Source: Eledone cirrhosa (lineage: Eukaryota). From it: a stretch of 64,000 bases of DNA. Numbering within the stretch: the stretch's first letter is position 1; each line of letters begins with the position of its first letter. Location of the stretch: assembly GCA_964016885.1 (NCBI GenBank), contig OZ024743.1, forward strand, positions 192,262,001 through 192,326,000, read 5' to 3'. The notes below the pieces were generated by a model. It was given only the letters and a program-made list of their open reading frames with translations, searched no databases and was not told the DNA's origin. The translations under genes were made by a program, and so were the position numbers. Of the stretch, positions 12,401 to 24,304 are shown in pieces.

Positions 12401-12816
12401 TATAACTAGGGGCACTGGGTTGTATGAATATAACAAAACACTCAGTTGTATGTATAAAGTTTATTTAACAAGGTTGAGTTATGTAGAACAGAATAGTTGA
12501 CATGCCAAGAGTTGATGAAAGAATGAATTAAAGTTATTTGTATTACCGTTTTGAAGTCATCTCGCAAGAGACCAAGTGGTCTTTACATTACCATGTTCAG
12601 GTTGCCAGAGCCTATAGCCTCGGCGAAAGCGAGCCTGGCCGAAGGGCCAGGCAGGTTAGAAGAGAGGGAGATAGCTCTGAGCTATCCCTTTTATAGGGTC
12701 CCAGGACGGAAGTGACAAAGAAGGTTCTGCCACCCCAACGGGAAGTAACTCCAGCTACTTCCTGTCTAGAGAGCGGTGATGTGATTGTCATAACAAGGGA
12801 AGCAACTCTTGCTACA
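12401..12816 (-). mobile_element. Solo LTR (416 bp) with 4-bp TSD agag
   Basis: Homologous to LTRs 19627-19975 and 21298-21660; plus-strand ends tataac...gctaca; agag at 12397-12400 and 12817-12820. Confidence 0.9.
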
Positions 12817-13320
12817 AGAGCTTTATTGTGTTAGCAGATGTTGGATGAGAATCTTCACCAATAAAAATATTTGTATTTGAATTAATTTTTCCGTGTTTTC
12901 TTAGTCTTTTGGTTGTAAATGCAACCCACGTGTTGTAAGGGTGGTTGAGTTACTGCAGTGTTAATGCTTCAGTGTGTGGAAGCCAGGTTAACAGAGCAGA
13001 AATCTTGTTGAGGGATGTACTAGCACCAACCACATAATTATGGAGATAACGTTCAGATGAATAATAAATTGTGGAATTTCCTAGCTTTCGTCCGGGTAAG
13101 GCTAAATAGGCTTTTTGCTGTGTTACCTTAAGTTTGTAAGGACTATTTAAGTAAATATTTCAGTGATTGATTTCTTGTTCTTTGTGGTTAGTCGCACATG
13201 TTTGTATGTGTTGACTTAAGCGGAGCCCTAAAAAAAACCCGTCCGGCAGGGACGGCTACCGGATTTTAAAACATGTTTTCAAAATAGAAGAAAAAGTAGG
13301 AAACAAATCACAACCATAGC

Positions 13321-13483
13321 CAGACCTGTCAACCTGTAAAAATCCAAACAAGGAGTACTATGAAAAAAGTGCCCCAAAATGGAGCGAAATGATGCAAACT
13401 GGGGTGATTTTACATAATGAAAGCTATACCTATTTTTACTAGAGAAGATATCTCTCACCTTACAGGGAGAGTTGACAGGTCTG
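13321..13483. mobile_element. 163-bp MITE with hAT-like TIRs
   Basis: TIR cagacctgtcaac / gttgacaggtctg; flanks catagc / cgtagc. Confidence 0.75.
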
Positions 13484-13577
13484 CGTAGCTCTCCCATATT
13501 TTGTACACAAATACTCTGCCTCTAACATCGTCCCAACTTATATAAACACAATATTTTAAGAAAGTGTTTGTGGAGTA

Positions 13578-13770
13578 ATAATTGTTTCTACTTTTGGCAC
13601 AAGGCCAGCAATTATCTCAGTGCATTACTGGTACTTTATTTTATCGACCCCGTAAGGATGAAAGGCAAAGTTAACCTTGGCAGGATTTGAACTCGGACCG
13701 TAAAGGGCCGTAACTCTATGCTGCAAAGCATGCCGTCTGACCCTCCACCGATACTGCCACTCTGCCACCC
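13578..13770 (-). mobile_element. tRNA-derived SINE, full length
   Basis: Same head, core and tail as 43680-43881. Confidence 0.9.
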
Positions 13771-13849
13771 TGTGGGGGTAATAATGAAAGAAAAGGGGGA
13801 AATTAGACCAGTTCACTCAATCACTTGTCATAATTGACATTGGAGTTTC

Positions 13850-14240
13850 CCTCCAATAATTTTTTAGGCAAGCCAACACACCCACAGTATTACTGCACAT
13901 AGTTGCGAGACTACAGTGCTGGAATAACCAAGAACCTTTGCAGGCATCATATGATACCTCTGTAAAGCGTGCTGTCAATAAGAATTGCATTGTCAGGGGA
14001 CCAGCTCAGTGGAAACATCTCAAACACCACAGGTTGAAAAAGTGGCTTGCTGATAATTTCTGGTATTTTAAAATTTTATCCAGGATTTGGGAAGGAGCAA
14101 AAGAGTCACTAACTGTGGCATCCCAAATGAGACATCTGCTTCATACTCAGGGGCAAATGGTAAGACCATCTGGTCTCTTCCCATCAACCCTGAAAATTCC
14201 AACTGGCTCCAGAAATGAAAAGGTCTGGCTAAGGCCTACT
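13850..14240 (-). mobile_element. Degenerate CRE-clade 3' fragment
   Basis: Homologous to 8330-8690 (aggcaagccaacac...gagcaaaagagtcactaactgtggcatccca); RPDGLT-coding segment on the minus strand. Confidence 0.8.
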
Positions 14241-14954
14241 TGTTAATTAGAATCAGCTCCAGATGGTGAGTGATGTCACCTGCATTCAAAAAAGTATAAT
14301 ATTTTTATTGACAATTATACTAGCATATGTTACACATTTTCCTATATGCAAAGTAGAGGGCAGGCCATGTATAATTGTATTTATAGATATCATCATCATC
14401 ATCATCATTTTACGTCTGTTGTATCTCCACTTACATCCATGTCTTCTTTGGTCTTCCACTACTGCAGCTTCCTTCCACTGGGATTACTTGACACTTCTTA
14501 TATATGTACACACATCGTTTTTGGAATTGTTTTACAAGATTCTTGATTTGAAATCGCGTAATAAAACAGATAGGTTTCAGTTCAGTTTAATATTAGTTAG
14601 GTAGCTAATCCATCACTGGTTAGTTTATTAACTGAGTGGCTGCTTAATTCTTAATTGTCAAAGCTTTTTCATCACACATCCTCTGACCTTCTCAATGACT
14701 GTTCTTGCTCCTCTGCGTCTCCTCTTCTTATCTAATTACTCCATCTTCTTTTTTTTAGGTGAGTATGTGGTTAGTACATGCCTGTTCATTTGTGTCTATA
14801 TGTGTATATCTGTGTGCTGCTGCTTCTATGAGTGTTTGTTTGGCATCTATGTATGTCTGTCTTTATATCGCATTTCTCCTCCAAGTTTTTGTACATGTGT
14901 GTGTCTTCCTTTTTTTATTTTTTATGTTTCCCTGATTCATCACTATAATAATAA

Positions 14955-15142
14955 TCATTGTTTCTACTTTGGCACAAGGCCAGCAATTATTCCCAGTGTA
15001 TTACTGGTACTTTATTTTATCGACCGCGTAAGGATGAAATGCAAAGTTAACCTCGGCGGGATTTGAACTCAGACCGTAAAGAGACGTAACTCTTTGCTGC
15101 AAAGCATGGCATCTGACCCTCTACCGATACTGCCAATCCACC

Positions 15143-15220
<78 letters not shown>
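14955..15220 (-). mobile_element. tRNA-derived SINE (14955-15144) followed by (TAA)~25 tract
   Basis: SINE core and head; microsatellite 15145-15220. Confidence 0.9.
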
Positions 15221-15222
<2 letters not shown>

Positions 15223-15257
15223 AAATTATTATGTACAGTACAAAAAATTATTCTACT

Positions 15258-15337
15258 ACCTCAGCTAGAGATTGAACCTCTAACTACACCATGTAAGATA
15301 CAAGAAGCAACACTCTTACCAACTGAGCTATTGGGAC
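15258..15337 (-). pseudogene. tRNA-like Pol III unit (tRNA pseudogene or SINE head)
   Basis: Minus strand gtcccaatagctcagttggtaagagt (A box) ... ggttcaatct (B box), then a T6 run at 15242-15247; anticodon arm not canonical. Confidence 0.55.
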
Positions 15338-15769
15338 AGTTGTAGGTAGTTGTTATTCTATTTTTTTTTTATTATTCTAAATGATGATGATGGTTAAGGT
15401 CAAGATGGTGGCCTGTTACTCTGGAGTTTCTTCTGTGTGTCATCAGAAAGTACTAACTAACCCTGTCAGTACTGTTTGTAAAACCTTGGTAAAACTACAA
15501 AGTAACATATCACTTCCTCAACCTTAATAAACTATTAATCTTTGCTATGGCAATGAGTACTCATTCTCACATTCATCAATACTAAATAGGTATGTATATG
15601 CAAATTTTTCCACCTATACGGGGTTATTACCCAATTGCCTAATCTACTTATAGCAACCAGCTTTGTTTACAGTTATTTTACTGCGTCTAAGTATACTACA
15701 TTTCTTTTAGGAAATACATAATCCCTCAACACTTCAAAAGATTGAAATTTATATATATATATATATATG

Positions 15770-16090
15770 TCAGATTCTTCATTCTCAGTGTATACTGATT
15801 AATGAGAGCTGTACGGGAGCCTCCCAAAAGTCAGCTCGAAAGTAACACAGAGAAGACTGAGGTTAGCTGGACATGCTCACCGACATTCAGAGTTGACACT
15901 GCATTCAGTGCTCCTGTGGGAGCCCCTACACGGACACACTAGAATAGGGAGACCGAGAGATTGACACATGTTGATACCCTAAGAATAGACACAGGTCTCT
16001 TGGAGACGCAGAACATGGCGGTGATGATGAAGGACAAAGACCGCTGGAGAGAACTCATCCATGGATCTCTGGAATTTTACCCGCCCTAGA
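15770..16090 (+). mobile_element. RTE-clade 3' fragment (family D)
   Basis: Translates to RRLRLAGHAHRH..VLLWEPLHG...GRPR; 5' end abuts (TA)n. Confidence 0.75.
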
Positions 16091-16109
16091 TTAGAGATAT
16101 ATCAGGTGA

Positions 16110-16535
16110 CTGTGTCTTGCTGCTTCTGGCTAACACCAACCACATTTACAGCAAGACTGGATGCTTTTTATTGTGGCACCAAAATAACCAACTGATAGGT
16201 TGGACTGGGTACTTTTTCATCATCTTACCAGCATGACCATCTCACAGGGTGCTTTTTGTCATGTCACCAACATGTTCACTTTACAGAGTGGGCAGGCTGC
16301 ATACTCAATCCAACCTGTCAGTTTGTCGTTTTGATGTCATGATAAAAAAACACACAGTCTATGTAAATGTAAATGTGGTTGGCATTAGGAAAGGCATCCA
16401 GCTATCAAAACCAAGCTAGAAACAGTTCTGTATGAGCAAGATATGGTCATCTGATCTAACTTGTCTCACAATGGGATAACTCATCTAACCCATACTAGCG
16501 TGGAAAAAATGGATGTTAAATAGTGATGATGATGA
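16110..16535. mobile_element. Two degenerate RTE-A 3' UTR pieces in opposite orientation
   Basis: ctaacaccaaccacatttacag (minus orientation), then attaggaaaggcatccag...gatgatgat (plus orientation). Confidence 0.65.
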
Positions 16536-17364
16536 TAAACACTTTAAAATAAATATAAAACCAGGGTGATTTGATATAAAAAGACAGACTGCTATTAAAA
16601 TGAATATTTAAAACTCTTTGATACTAGAGGTAAATAGTTGATAAAATATTTACTATATAAATGGCAATTTCTGTCTGCCTGTGTATAACCAGTTGGCGCT
16701 TACACTAGTGATCCGATCATGATGAAACTTTATACACATGTTAAGCTGGACTGGCTAATTGGATTTCAATAAAAATCAATAATGGAACCCTTGGGGACAT
16801 CTTTACAATGGAGGAGGAAATAGAAGACGTTTCAGTGAGAGAGAGGGAAGAGGAGATACTACTACTCTATGTTAAACCCTCCCTCCCACTACTCCCCTTC
16901 CTCCTCCCACAACTCAGTCCTCCAAAACGAGGCAACAACTTATTTGATTTTTTGTTCTTCATTCTGTAGAGAAAGAGAGGGGATAAGAAAGAAAAGGGAT
17001 GAAAGAGGATAATAGAGAGAGAGGGGGGAATGAGAAAGAGAGAGAGAGAGAGAGCTAGAGAAAGAGAGCCAAAAAGAGTGAAGGGGGTGATTAGGGAAGA
17101 GAGAGAAAGAAAACAGAAAAATGATAGCATAGTTCTATAACTAACTTTCATTTATTTATTTTTTAAACATTTCTTAACTAACCCCTTTCTTAACGTTACC
17201 TCTCTTTCTCTCACTCTTTCACAAGAGTCGTAATGGGACTGGACTCTGTGTGTATGTGAGTGTTTGTGTGTGCGTGTGCACGCGCACATGTGTGTGTCAG
17301 CGTTCTTAAATTAGAGACAAGTGTGTGTATGTTTATCACCGTACTTAAGTTAGAGACATATATA

Positions 17365-17548
17365 TGTTTGTTTGTAATATATATATCATTAACTTAAGAG
17401 GGAGGAAAAAGTTGAAGAACGTCTACACACACACACATATATCTAACCTAAGAACGGTGACACATATATGTGTGTCTGTGTGTGTGTAGACATTCTTCAA
17501 CAATTCCTCTCTCTAAAGTTAACGATATATACATATTACAAACAAACC
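17365..17548. repeat. Imperfect ~180-bp palindrome
   Basis: gtttgtttgtaat...gttgaagaacgtctacacac / gtgtgtagacattcttcaac...attacaaacaaac. Confidence 0.8.
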
Positions 17549-17559
17549 CTGGGAAAATC

Positions 17560-17950
17560 CATGTATTTGTTTTGCAAAGATTTTGATATGAAATCATATG
17601 TTGAAACACATATTGTTATATTTGGGGAGGGTCATGTTGTCCAAAATAATAATAAAACACACCCACTGTTTGGTTTTGTTTTCACTTCAGTTCAGTATAT
17701 CTATATATAATTTAGCTGGCACCTAAAAGCAAAAAACGTTATAGAAAGACAATGGGAGGAAATCACTGAAGATGTTGCAGAAAAAAATGTGTGTGACAAA
17801 GAAACTTTGAGAAATTATATCTATATCTATAAGTTTAACAGCTGGTCAATCAATGATAATCATTGATTGCCAGCTAAATTATTATTTTGGTAATATTAGG
17901 ACAACATGACCGCACCCAAATATAACAATACCTGGAAAAATCATATTGTT
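17560..17950. mobile_element. Foldback/MITE family F, partial copy
   Basis: Arms tattgttatatttggggagggtcatgttg...tttagctggca / tgccagctaaa...caacatgacc...aaatataacaata; homologous to 37935-38430 and 53385-53627. Confidence 0.7.
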
Positions 17951-17989
17951 AGATAAATTTGTGCATTATTTTTCCAATGTTATTTGACT

Positions 17990-18669
17990 TAGAGCTGACC
18001 CTAGACAATCGGTGGGTAGTCCCACAAAACAAAATGATGTGTCAACTTCTAAGAGCTCATATCAATGTTGAGTATTGCAGCTCTGTCAAAGCAATACTAT
18101 ATATGAAAAAATATATCAACAAGGGCAGTGACATGGCTACCTTTGTTAATAACAAGAAACTCAATGATGGTAGGCTGGTTGAGGTCAAACAGTATTAGAC
18201 AGCTTGATACATCTCCAGCAATGAATCTATCTGGCAATCTTTGGATTTGATATCCACCAACACCATCCAACAGTGGTCAACCTTGCAGTCCATCTAAAAA
18301 ATGGACAGAGAGTGTATTTCACTGAGACCACTGCTCATTAGTTGACACAAGTACCACTTGCTAGAAGTTGCAACCATGTCAGGAAAATTTGCTAGTGACA
18401 ATTGTTTCATTCCCAGAATACCTCTGAAGACAACTGATTTGCTATTTGAATTTCAAAGACTTAAATTTCCTATCAGACTCAGTTTTGCCATGACCATCAA
18501 TAAATCTCAAGGGCAATCATTGACAGTCGTTGGGTTGAACCTGGCAGATCCCATCTTTTCACATGGTCAACTCTATGTTGGTACAAGGGTTGGAAACCCC
18601 GATTGTCTCATCATTGTAGCACCACAGGGCAAAACCAAGAATGTTATTTATCCAGAGGCTTTAGAATGA
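17990..18669 (+). pseudogene. Helitron RepHel remnant (Rep-helicase linker fused to PIF1 helicase C-terminus)
   Basis: DNRWVVP...AHINVEYCSSVKAI.Y..KYINKGSD, LAVHLKNGQRVYF, then FIPRI...FPIRLSFAMTINKSQGQSL...FSHGQLYV...KTKNVIYPEAL. Confidence 0.92.
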
Positions 18670-19119
18670 GCAATATTGTAATTCCTCCTTCAATGACGAT
18701 ACTAATTCCTTAGTTATATAGTTTGCAATTTACTACATAGTGTTACTTTGGAAGAACATACAGACATTCCTGGGTACCTCTGCTATGTACAATAGTATAA
18801 GTGACATCTTTTTATGGTAGCAAGCTCGACCTGTTAGAAATAGCAGCCAAATTTCTTTCAAATCCCAGTCTACTGTCTCATGTATGTATATATGTATGAA
18901 ACAAAAATGAAAGGTTGTGACACCTCGATCTACTAGAAATATTAGCAAATTCCATATACACACAAACACACATGCGCGCACGTGTGCACATGCATGTGTA
19001 TATATGTCATGGAAGCCACTATAACTGTTGGTGTACCTAAAAGAAAACAAATCTCCCTCAAACAAGATCCTACAGCCATAGAAGTAAAAGTTGGTGAAAG
19101 CTACAGTGTAAAAATTTTA

Positions 19120-19410
19120 ATTAACCCAGGCTCTGCTACATTTTGGGCCAAGGAGAGTAAACTCTCCAAATATAGGTCGCTCTCCGACAGGTTTGTTGTT
19201 GAGCCCATAACAATGGAGACTTCTGTCGTCCTTGGCTCTAGGGCTAACCCCCCACCCCACCCCCACTCACTGCCCTCGGCAGAGTCGGCTACCTGCAAGG
19301 GTGAGCCTCGTAAGCCGTCTCCTGTACGTGAGCCCCCATTTGCTCATAATAGTGAGTGATGGGGAGATCAGGAAAGATGGAGGCAGTGACAGTGGGAGTT
19401 TGGTTCCTAG
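19120..19410 (+). mobile_element. CRE-clade 3' fragment (same family as 33090-35690)
   Basis: KLSKYRSLSDRFVVEPITMETS; 3' UTR gaaagatggagg...gacagt shared with ~33115-33150 (reverse complement). Confidence 0.8.
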
Positions 19411-19626
19411 TATATGTATATATTTACCACACTTACACACGTTTAAATAAACTTTCCTGAATTACAGAAATGAGTAAGTAAATTCTTCATTCATTCATAA
19501 ACCAATGGTAAAATTTTTTTTTTATGCTTTTTAAAATACCCTTCACATTTTGTTTGAATTTCAGATATTCTGATTGTGCAAAAAAAAAGGATAAATAAAA
19601 TCTAAATTTATTTTTGGGGTCATGCC

Positions 19627-21660
19627 TATAACAAAATACTGGTGTGTATGAATATAACAAATAAACGTGGTTTGTGTGTATAATATTTAATAAACAATTT
19701 GTGGTTATATAGAACAGTATAGTTGACATGTCAATGAATAGATGAAAGAATGAAGCAAAGTTATTAGTTACCGTTTGGTTGCCAGGCGAATGCGCCTGGC
19801 CGAAAAGGTAAATGAGAGATAGGGAGCTGAAAGTTATTCCCTTTATAGGGTTGGAACGGAAGTGACAGAAAGGGTTCTGCCACCAACGGGAAGTAACTCC
19901 AACTACTTCCTGTCTAGAGAGCGTTAATCTATTGGTGATGTGAGTGTCACAACAAGGGAGGCAACTCCTGCTACATTACATCCCGCCAGATTTTTAAAAT
20001 ATAAAAATCGAATGAAATATGTATGTAGTAAGTTGGCGAGAATGTTGTAACAGGCATGAAAATTACGAAAAAACTAATGTTTGCAATAATAGGAAAACAG
20101 CAAAATATATGCATGCAAAAATCAATGATAGATATCAAGGTAGCCAACCGCTCTTGGCCAGAGAATGACTGGACATCTATCTATCCATCACCCAAAGATA
20201 CAATGTAATCAAAGTAAGAGAAGAGCTCAAAGTTCAAAATACAGTTCACAGGTGTGCAATCACATGACAGCAGGAAAGAAAGTGTGTTCCAGAGAATGAA
20301 TGCAGGTGGTGTCTGTTCTGTGGTATATCGTGAAATTTCCAACCTCCGAATGGATTTTCTCACAGGAAGAGTGCTGCAAAAATAAATTCTCTGGCTTGTT
20401 CTGCTGGTTTTGGTTGTTGATGAAGCTATGTTGCTGTTGATGTCTCGCGGAGTGAGCCTATTCGATGTTTAAATTCACAGTAAAAAATTTTTACAGAAAA
20501 AATGAGTTGCGCAAAGTGCTAGAAATAACAGCCGAAGTTGATGGTCGATGTTGAGAATGCGTTGACCTGGAAGGGTCAAGAGGCCAGCGACCAAAGAAAT
20601 AAGCATTCTGAATAAATGCGCAGTTTTCAACGGCATATTTACGTGGTAAATTTTTAAACCGGCAAATAGGGGAATATAGCTTAAGGCTGGAGAATCCTTG
20701 GCGAGAAACGTTATCTCCGTGAGTCGAGAATTGTGCTGCCTACACGTGCCAAAACAAGGTTAAGTTGAAAAAAAAAAATTTCTATTGCGCGAGAAAATGG
20801 CGTGAAAATGATAGTGCAACAGATCGTTGGCAGCCATTTTGAAAAAATGTGTGTGTGAAAGTGACGATATGATGAAAAAGAAAGAAAGACTTCACTTAGT
20901 ATAACAAATATGGCGAGATCAATTTTTTTTTTTTTTTTTGTGAACGATGAAGAAAACGATAAAAAAAAACAATAGTTGAGATTCATCGAAAATAAATGTT
21001 CATGTTGAAATGTGTTAAAAAAAAACAAATTTCTTTTTTTGTTGTTGTTTTTAAAGTGTTCGTTGTAAGAAGAAATGAAAAACATATATATATACAGTGA
21101 AATGCGACAGTTAGTTGATGTACGACCCGTGCGTGAGAGAAAAAGAGTCTGTCTGAACGAGAATTTCGCATGTGCGTGTGTTCGTTTCTGTGTCTGCGTA
21201 TTTTCCTAGTTTGTCAATAAAATTTGCTGCGTATTCGTAATGTTACTCACACAACACCAGATTCTGCTATTTTTTTTCTTTTTTCGGGATCACCACTTAT
21301 AACAAAATACTGGTGTGTATGAATATAACAAATGAACGTGGTTTGTGTGTATAATATTTAATAAACAATTTGTGGTTATATAGAACAGTATAGTTGACAT
21401 GTCAATGAATAGATGAAAGAATGAAGCCAAGTTATTAGTTACCGTTTGGTTGCCAGGCAAACGCGCCTGGCCGAAGACGTCTGGCCGAAAAGGCAAATGA
21501 GAGATAGGGAGCTGAAAGTTATTCCCTTTATAGGGTTGGAACGGAAGTGACAGAAAGGGTTCTGCCACCAACGGGAAGTAATTCCAACTACTTCCTGTCT
21601 AGAGAGCGTTAATCTATTGGTGATGTGAGTGTCACAACAAGGGAGGCAACTCCTGCTACA
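19627..21660 (-). mobile_element. Complete non-autonomous LTR retroelement (2034 bp; TRIM/LARD-like, Gypsy-type cis signals)
   Basis: LTRs 19627-19975 and 21298-21660 differ by ~6 substitutions and one 14-bp indel; TSD tgcc on both sides; PBS tggtgatcccga (tRNA-Trp-like); PPT-like ctggcgggatgtaa; no gag/pol ORF. Confidence 0.92.
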
Positions 21661-22054
21661 TGCCCTTTTCACTGACAACATACCTAATGATTCTTCCAAG
21701 TGCAAAGCATTATATATGCTGACTGTAATAGGGAGCAGTATTAAAAAAATCACCACTGGACAAAACTAATAATATTTTTATCTACATGATTTGCTTTAAA
21801 CAAACGGCAATAAATATTCTACTATAATTCCTACTTTAATTAAGATTCAGCAATCATATTTCAATGGTCAAATATTTTAACTTTAATAAAATACCCAGGA
21901 ATCATCGGGTAGCTCAGCTAGTTACATATAAAGGTATTCCAATGAAAACTCAAGTTGCTTTACAAACCTTCTGGTCTTTTACAGGCCCACCCACCACTTT
22001 GAGAAAACTTGGCAAGCAACTGACCTACATGTAAAGGGAGATTACTCTAATGAC

Positions 22055-22240
22055 TGATTGGCAGTATCAGTAGAGGGTTGGACGCCATGCTTTGCAGCAT
22101 GGAGTTACGTCCCTTTACGGACTGAGTTCAAATCCCACCAAGGTTAACTTTGCCTTTCATCCTTACGGGGTTGATAAAATAAAGTACCAGTAATGCACTG
22201 CGATAATTGCTGGCCTTGTGCCAAAAGTAGAAACAATTAT
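22055..22240 (+). mobile_element. tRNA-derived SINE, full length
   Basis: tggcagtatcagtagagg (A box), gagttcaaatccc (B box), gcctttcatccttacgggg core. Confidence 0.9.
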
Positions 22241-22339
22241 AACACAATCACTATAAACAATCAGAGTTACAAAACAAGGAGTGGAAACTATTAAATAATA
22301 TAATTTTATAAATGCAATAATAATAAGCATTTGATTTCA

Positions 22340-22960
22340 TCTGTTTTGGCTGGGATTTGTTGGATGCCTTTCCTAACACTGACCACATTTTCAGTGTGAG
22401 ACTGGGTGGTCACACTTATGAGGCAAGTCAGGCCAGCTGGCCATGCCATACCTTGTTCATATGGGACCATTGTTTTGGCTGGCTTTTTACAGGTGCTGGA
22501 TGCCCTTTCTAACAACAACCATGTGTACAGTGTGGAACTGAGTGCTCCCATTATGGGGAGTGTCTAGCCAGTTGCCATGCCAGACCGTGCCCATAGTGGA
22601 TCCGTTCTTGGGTGCCAAGTGGTCACATTATGAGGAAGGTCTGGCTAGTTGGCCATGCCACACCTTGCACATAGTAGAACCTGTGTTTTGGCTTTGTTTT
22701 TATAGCTACTGGATGCCCTTCCTTACACCAACCACATTTACAATGTGAAATTGGTTGGTCACAATTACGAGGCAAGTCTGGCCAGTTGGCTGCACTGTAC
22801 CTTGCTCATATGGAACCGTATTTTAGCTGGATTTATACGGCTGTTCGTTGTCCTTCCTAACATCAACCACGTTTACAGTGTGGGACTGGGTGGTTCCATT
22901 ATGAGGAGGGTCTGGCCAGTTGGCCACGCCATACCCTGCTCATACTGGAACCAGTCCCTA
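22340..22960 (-). repeat. Tandem array (~5 units of ~136 bp) of the RTE 3'-end module
   Basis: (c/t)tggatgcc motif at 22360, 22496, 22709 and ~22846; ccttgctca-like motif occurs five times. Confidence 0.85.
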
Positions 22961-23617
22961 TAATTTTGTGAAAGTCATTGGACAAACAACACGATTATAA
23001 GTGAATCAAGCAATAGCAATCTCTAAGAGTTAAAGCACTTCAACAATTCTTCAACATCAATTGATTGCTCTGAAACCTTTAGATAATGCAAAGATGTTTT
23101 TATAGCTCTATTACTATTCTAACCTAATTTTACTCCATTGCTCAAAAACAAACATTTGACTGGTGTATATGTTTGTATTTATGGTATAAAATGGTTAGTT
23201 TACAACATCTATAACCACTTTCTTACTTGAACAAAGGTGTCCAAAACCAAGGCATAGATTAAGGATAGTGAGGTAGGGACAGACAAGGGCAATCCTGGTC
23301 CAACAATTTCAAGGGTTGGCCTGGTCATAATACAGAGCCTTCTGCACATGATGGAAAATAGAGACTAGTGGCAACTGCTAACTATGGAAATGTCTAGAGT
23401 GGTACCCCAGTATCTGTCTGCACCAGTTATGAGAACATGATGATGATTGAGATCTGATTTCATTACTGCAAGATAATGAAATACCTTTTAAGTATACTGT
23501 TCCATTTCTGTTAAAGTTGTAATGTCAGTCATACATATTTACAGAAATAAAAATAATACCTATAATTTCATCACAGGTCCAAACCCATCCACTGCATTTG
23601 GCAATTATTCCTAATCA

Positions 23618-23945
23618 GCATCATCGTTTAACGTCTATCTTCCATGCTAGCATGGGTTAGACGGGAATTGTCCCACTTGAGGCAAGATTGGTCGGGTGAC
23701 CGTGTCTCGCTCATATATCTGGCAGGTTTTCTACGGCTGGATGCCCTTCCTAACACCAACCACATTTACAGTGTGGACTGGGAGCTTTTTACCATGTTAC
23801 CTACACAACCACATGACAGCATGGACTGTGTGTTTTTTTTGTTTTGTTTTTTTGTTGTGACACCTACACAACCTCATTAGTTTGGACTGGATGCTGTGGT
23901 ACCAACATAACTTTACAGAGAAAGGGTGGTGTTGGTGGGAGGGGA
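23618..23945 (-). mobile_element. RTE 3' UTR-only copy (close to 11470-11790)
   Basis: catcatcgtttaacgtc tail; cccacttgaggcaagattgg and the ~47-bp repeats. Confidence 0.85.
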
Positions 23946-24304
23946 AGGATAATTTCTAAGTGATAATAAAAGTAAAATGTATTGACAATATAATTATTTA
24001 TAGATACATACTTCTAGAAATCAATTCTCAATGTCTACAAGAGAAAAGTATCAGAAATCATTATTACCATCTGTTACAAATTTAAATAAACCTTTTAATG
24101 AAATAATGATTATGTCATTTTCTATGAAATACATGTTAACTGAAGTAGTTTTATCACACATATTTATATTTAAACACCAATATAAACACACATGCATGCA
24201 CACACACACACAACACACTTACACACACAAACACCCACACACAAAACCCACACACCTACACACACCTACCCACACACACTCACATGCATACACATATATA
24301 TACA

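Larger units (their letters stand above)
16649..21921 (+). mobile_element. Internally deleted Helitron carrying nested insertions
   Basis: 5' tttactatataaa (degenerate TC start); 3' hairpin acccagg...tcgggt then cagCTAG|t at 21918-21921; RepHel remnants inside. Confidence 0.7.

Noticed and set aside
12200-13265. Possible LINE 5' UTR/ORF1 remnant around the solo LTR, with a GC hairpin at 13238-13256
   Set aside because: No diagnostic motif and a single copy in the window
18358-18669. Host PIF1 helicase
   Set aside because: Adjacent Helitron Rep-linker motifs, stops and an internal deletion
22340-22960. Regularly spaced repeats resembling a CRISPR array
   Set aside because: Whole units are homologous (no unique spacers), they derive from the RTE 3' UTR, the context is eukaryotic and there are no cas genes
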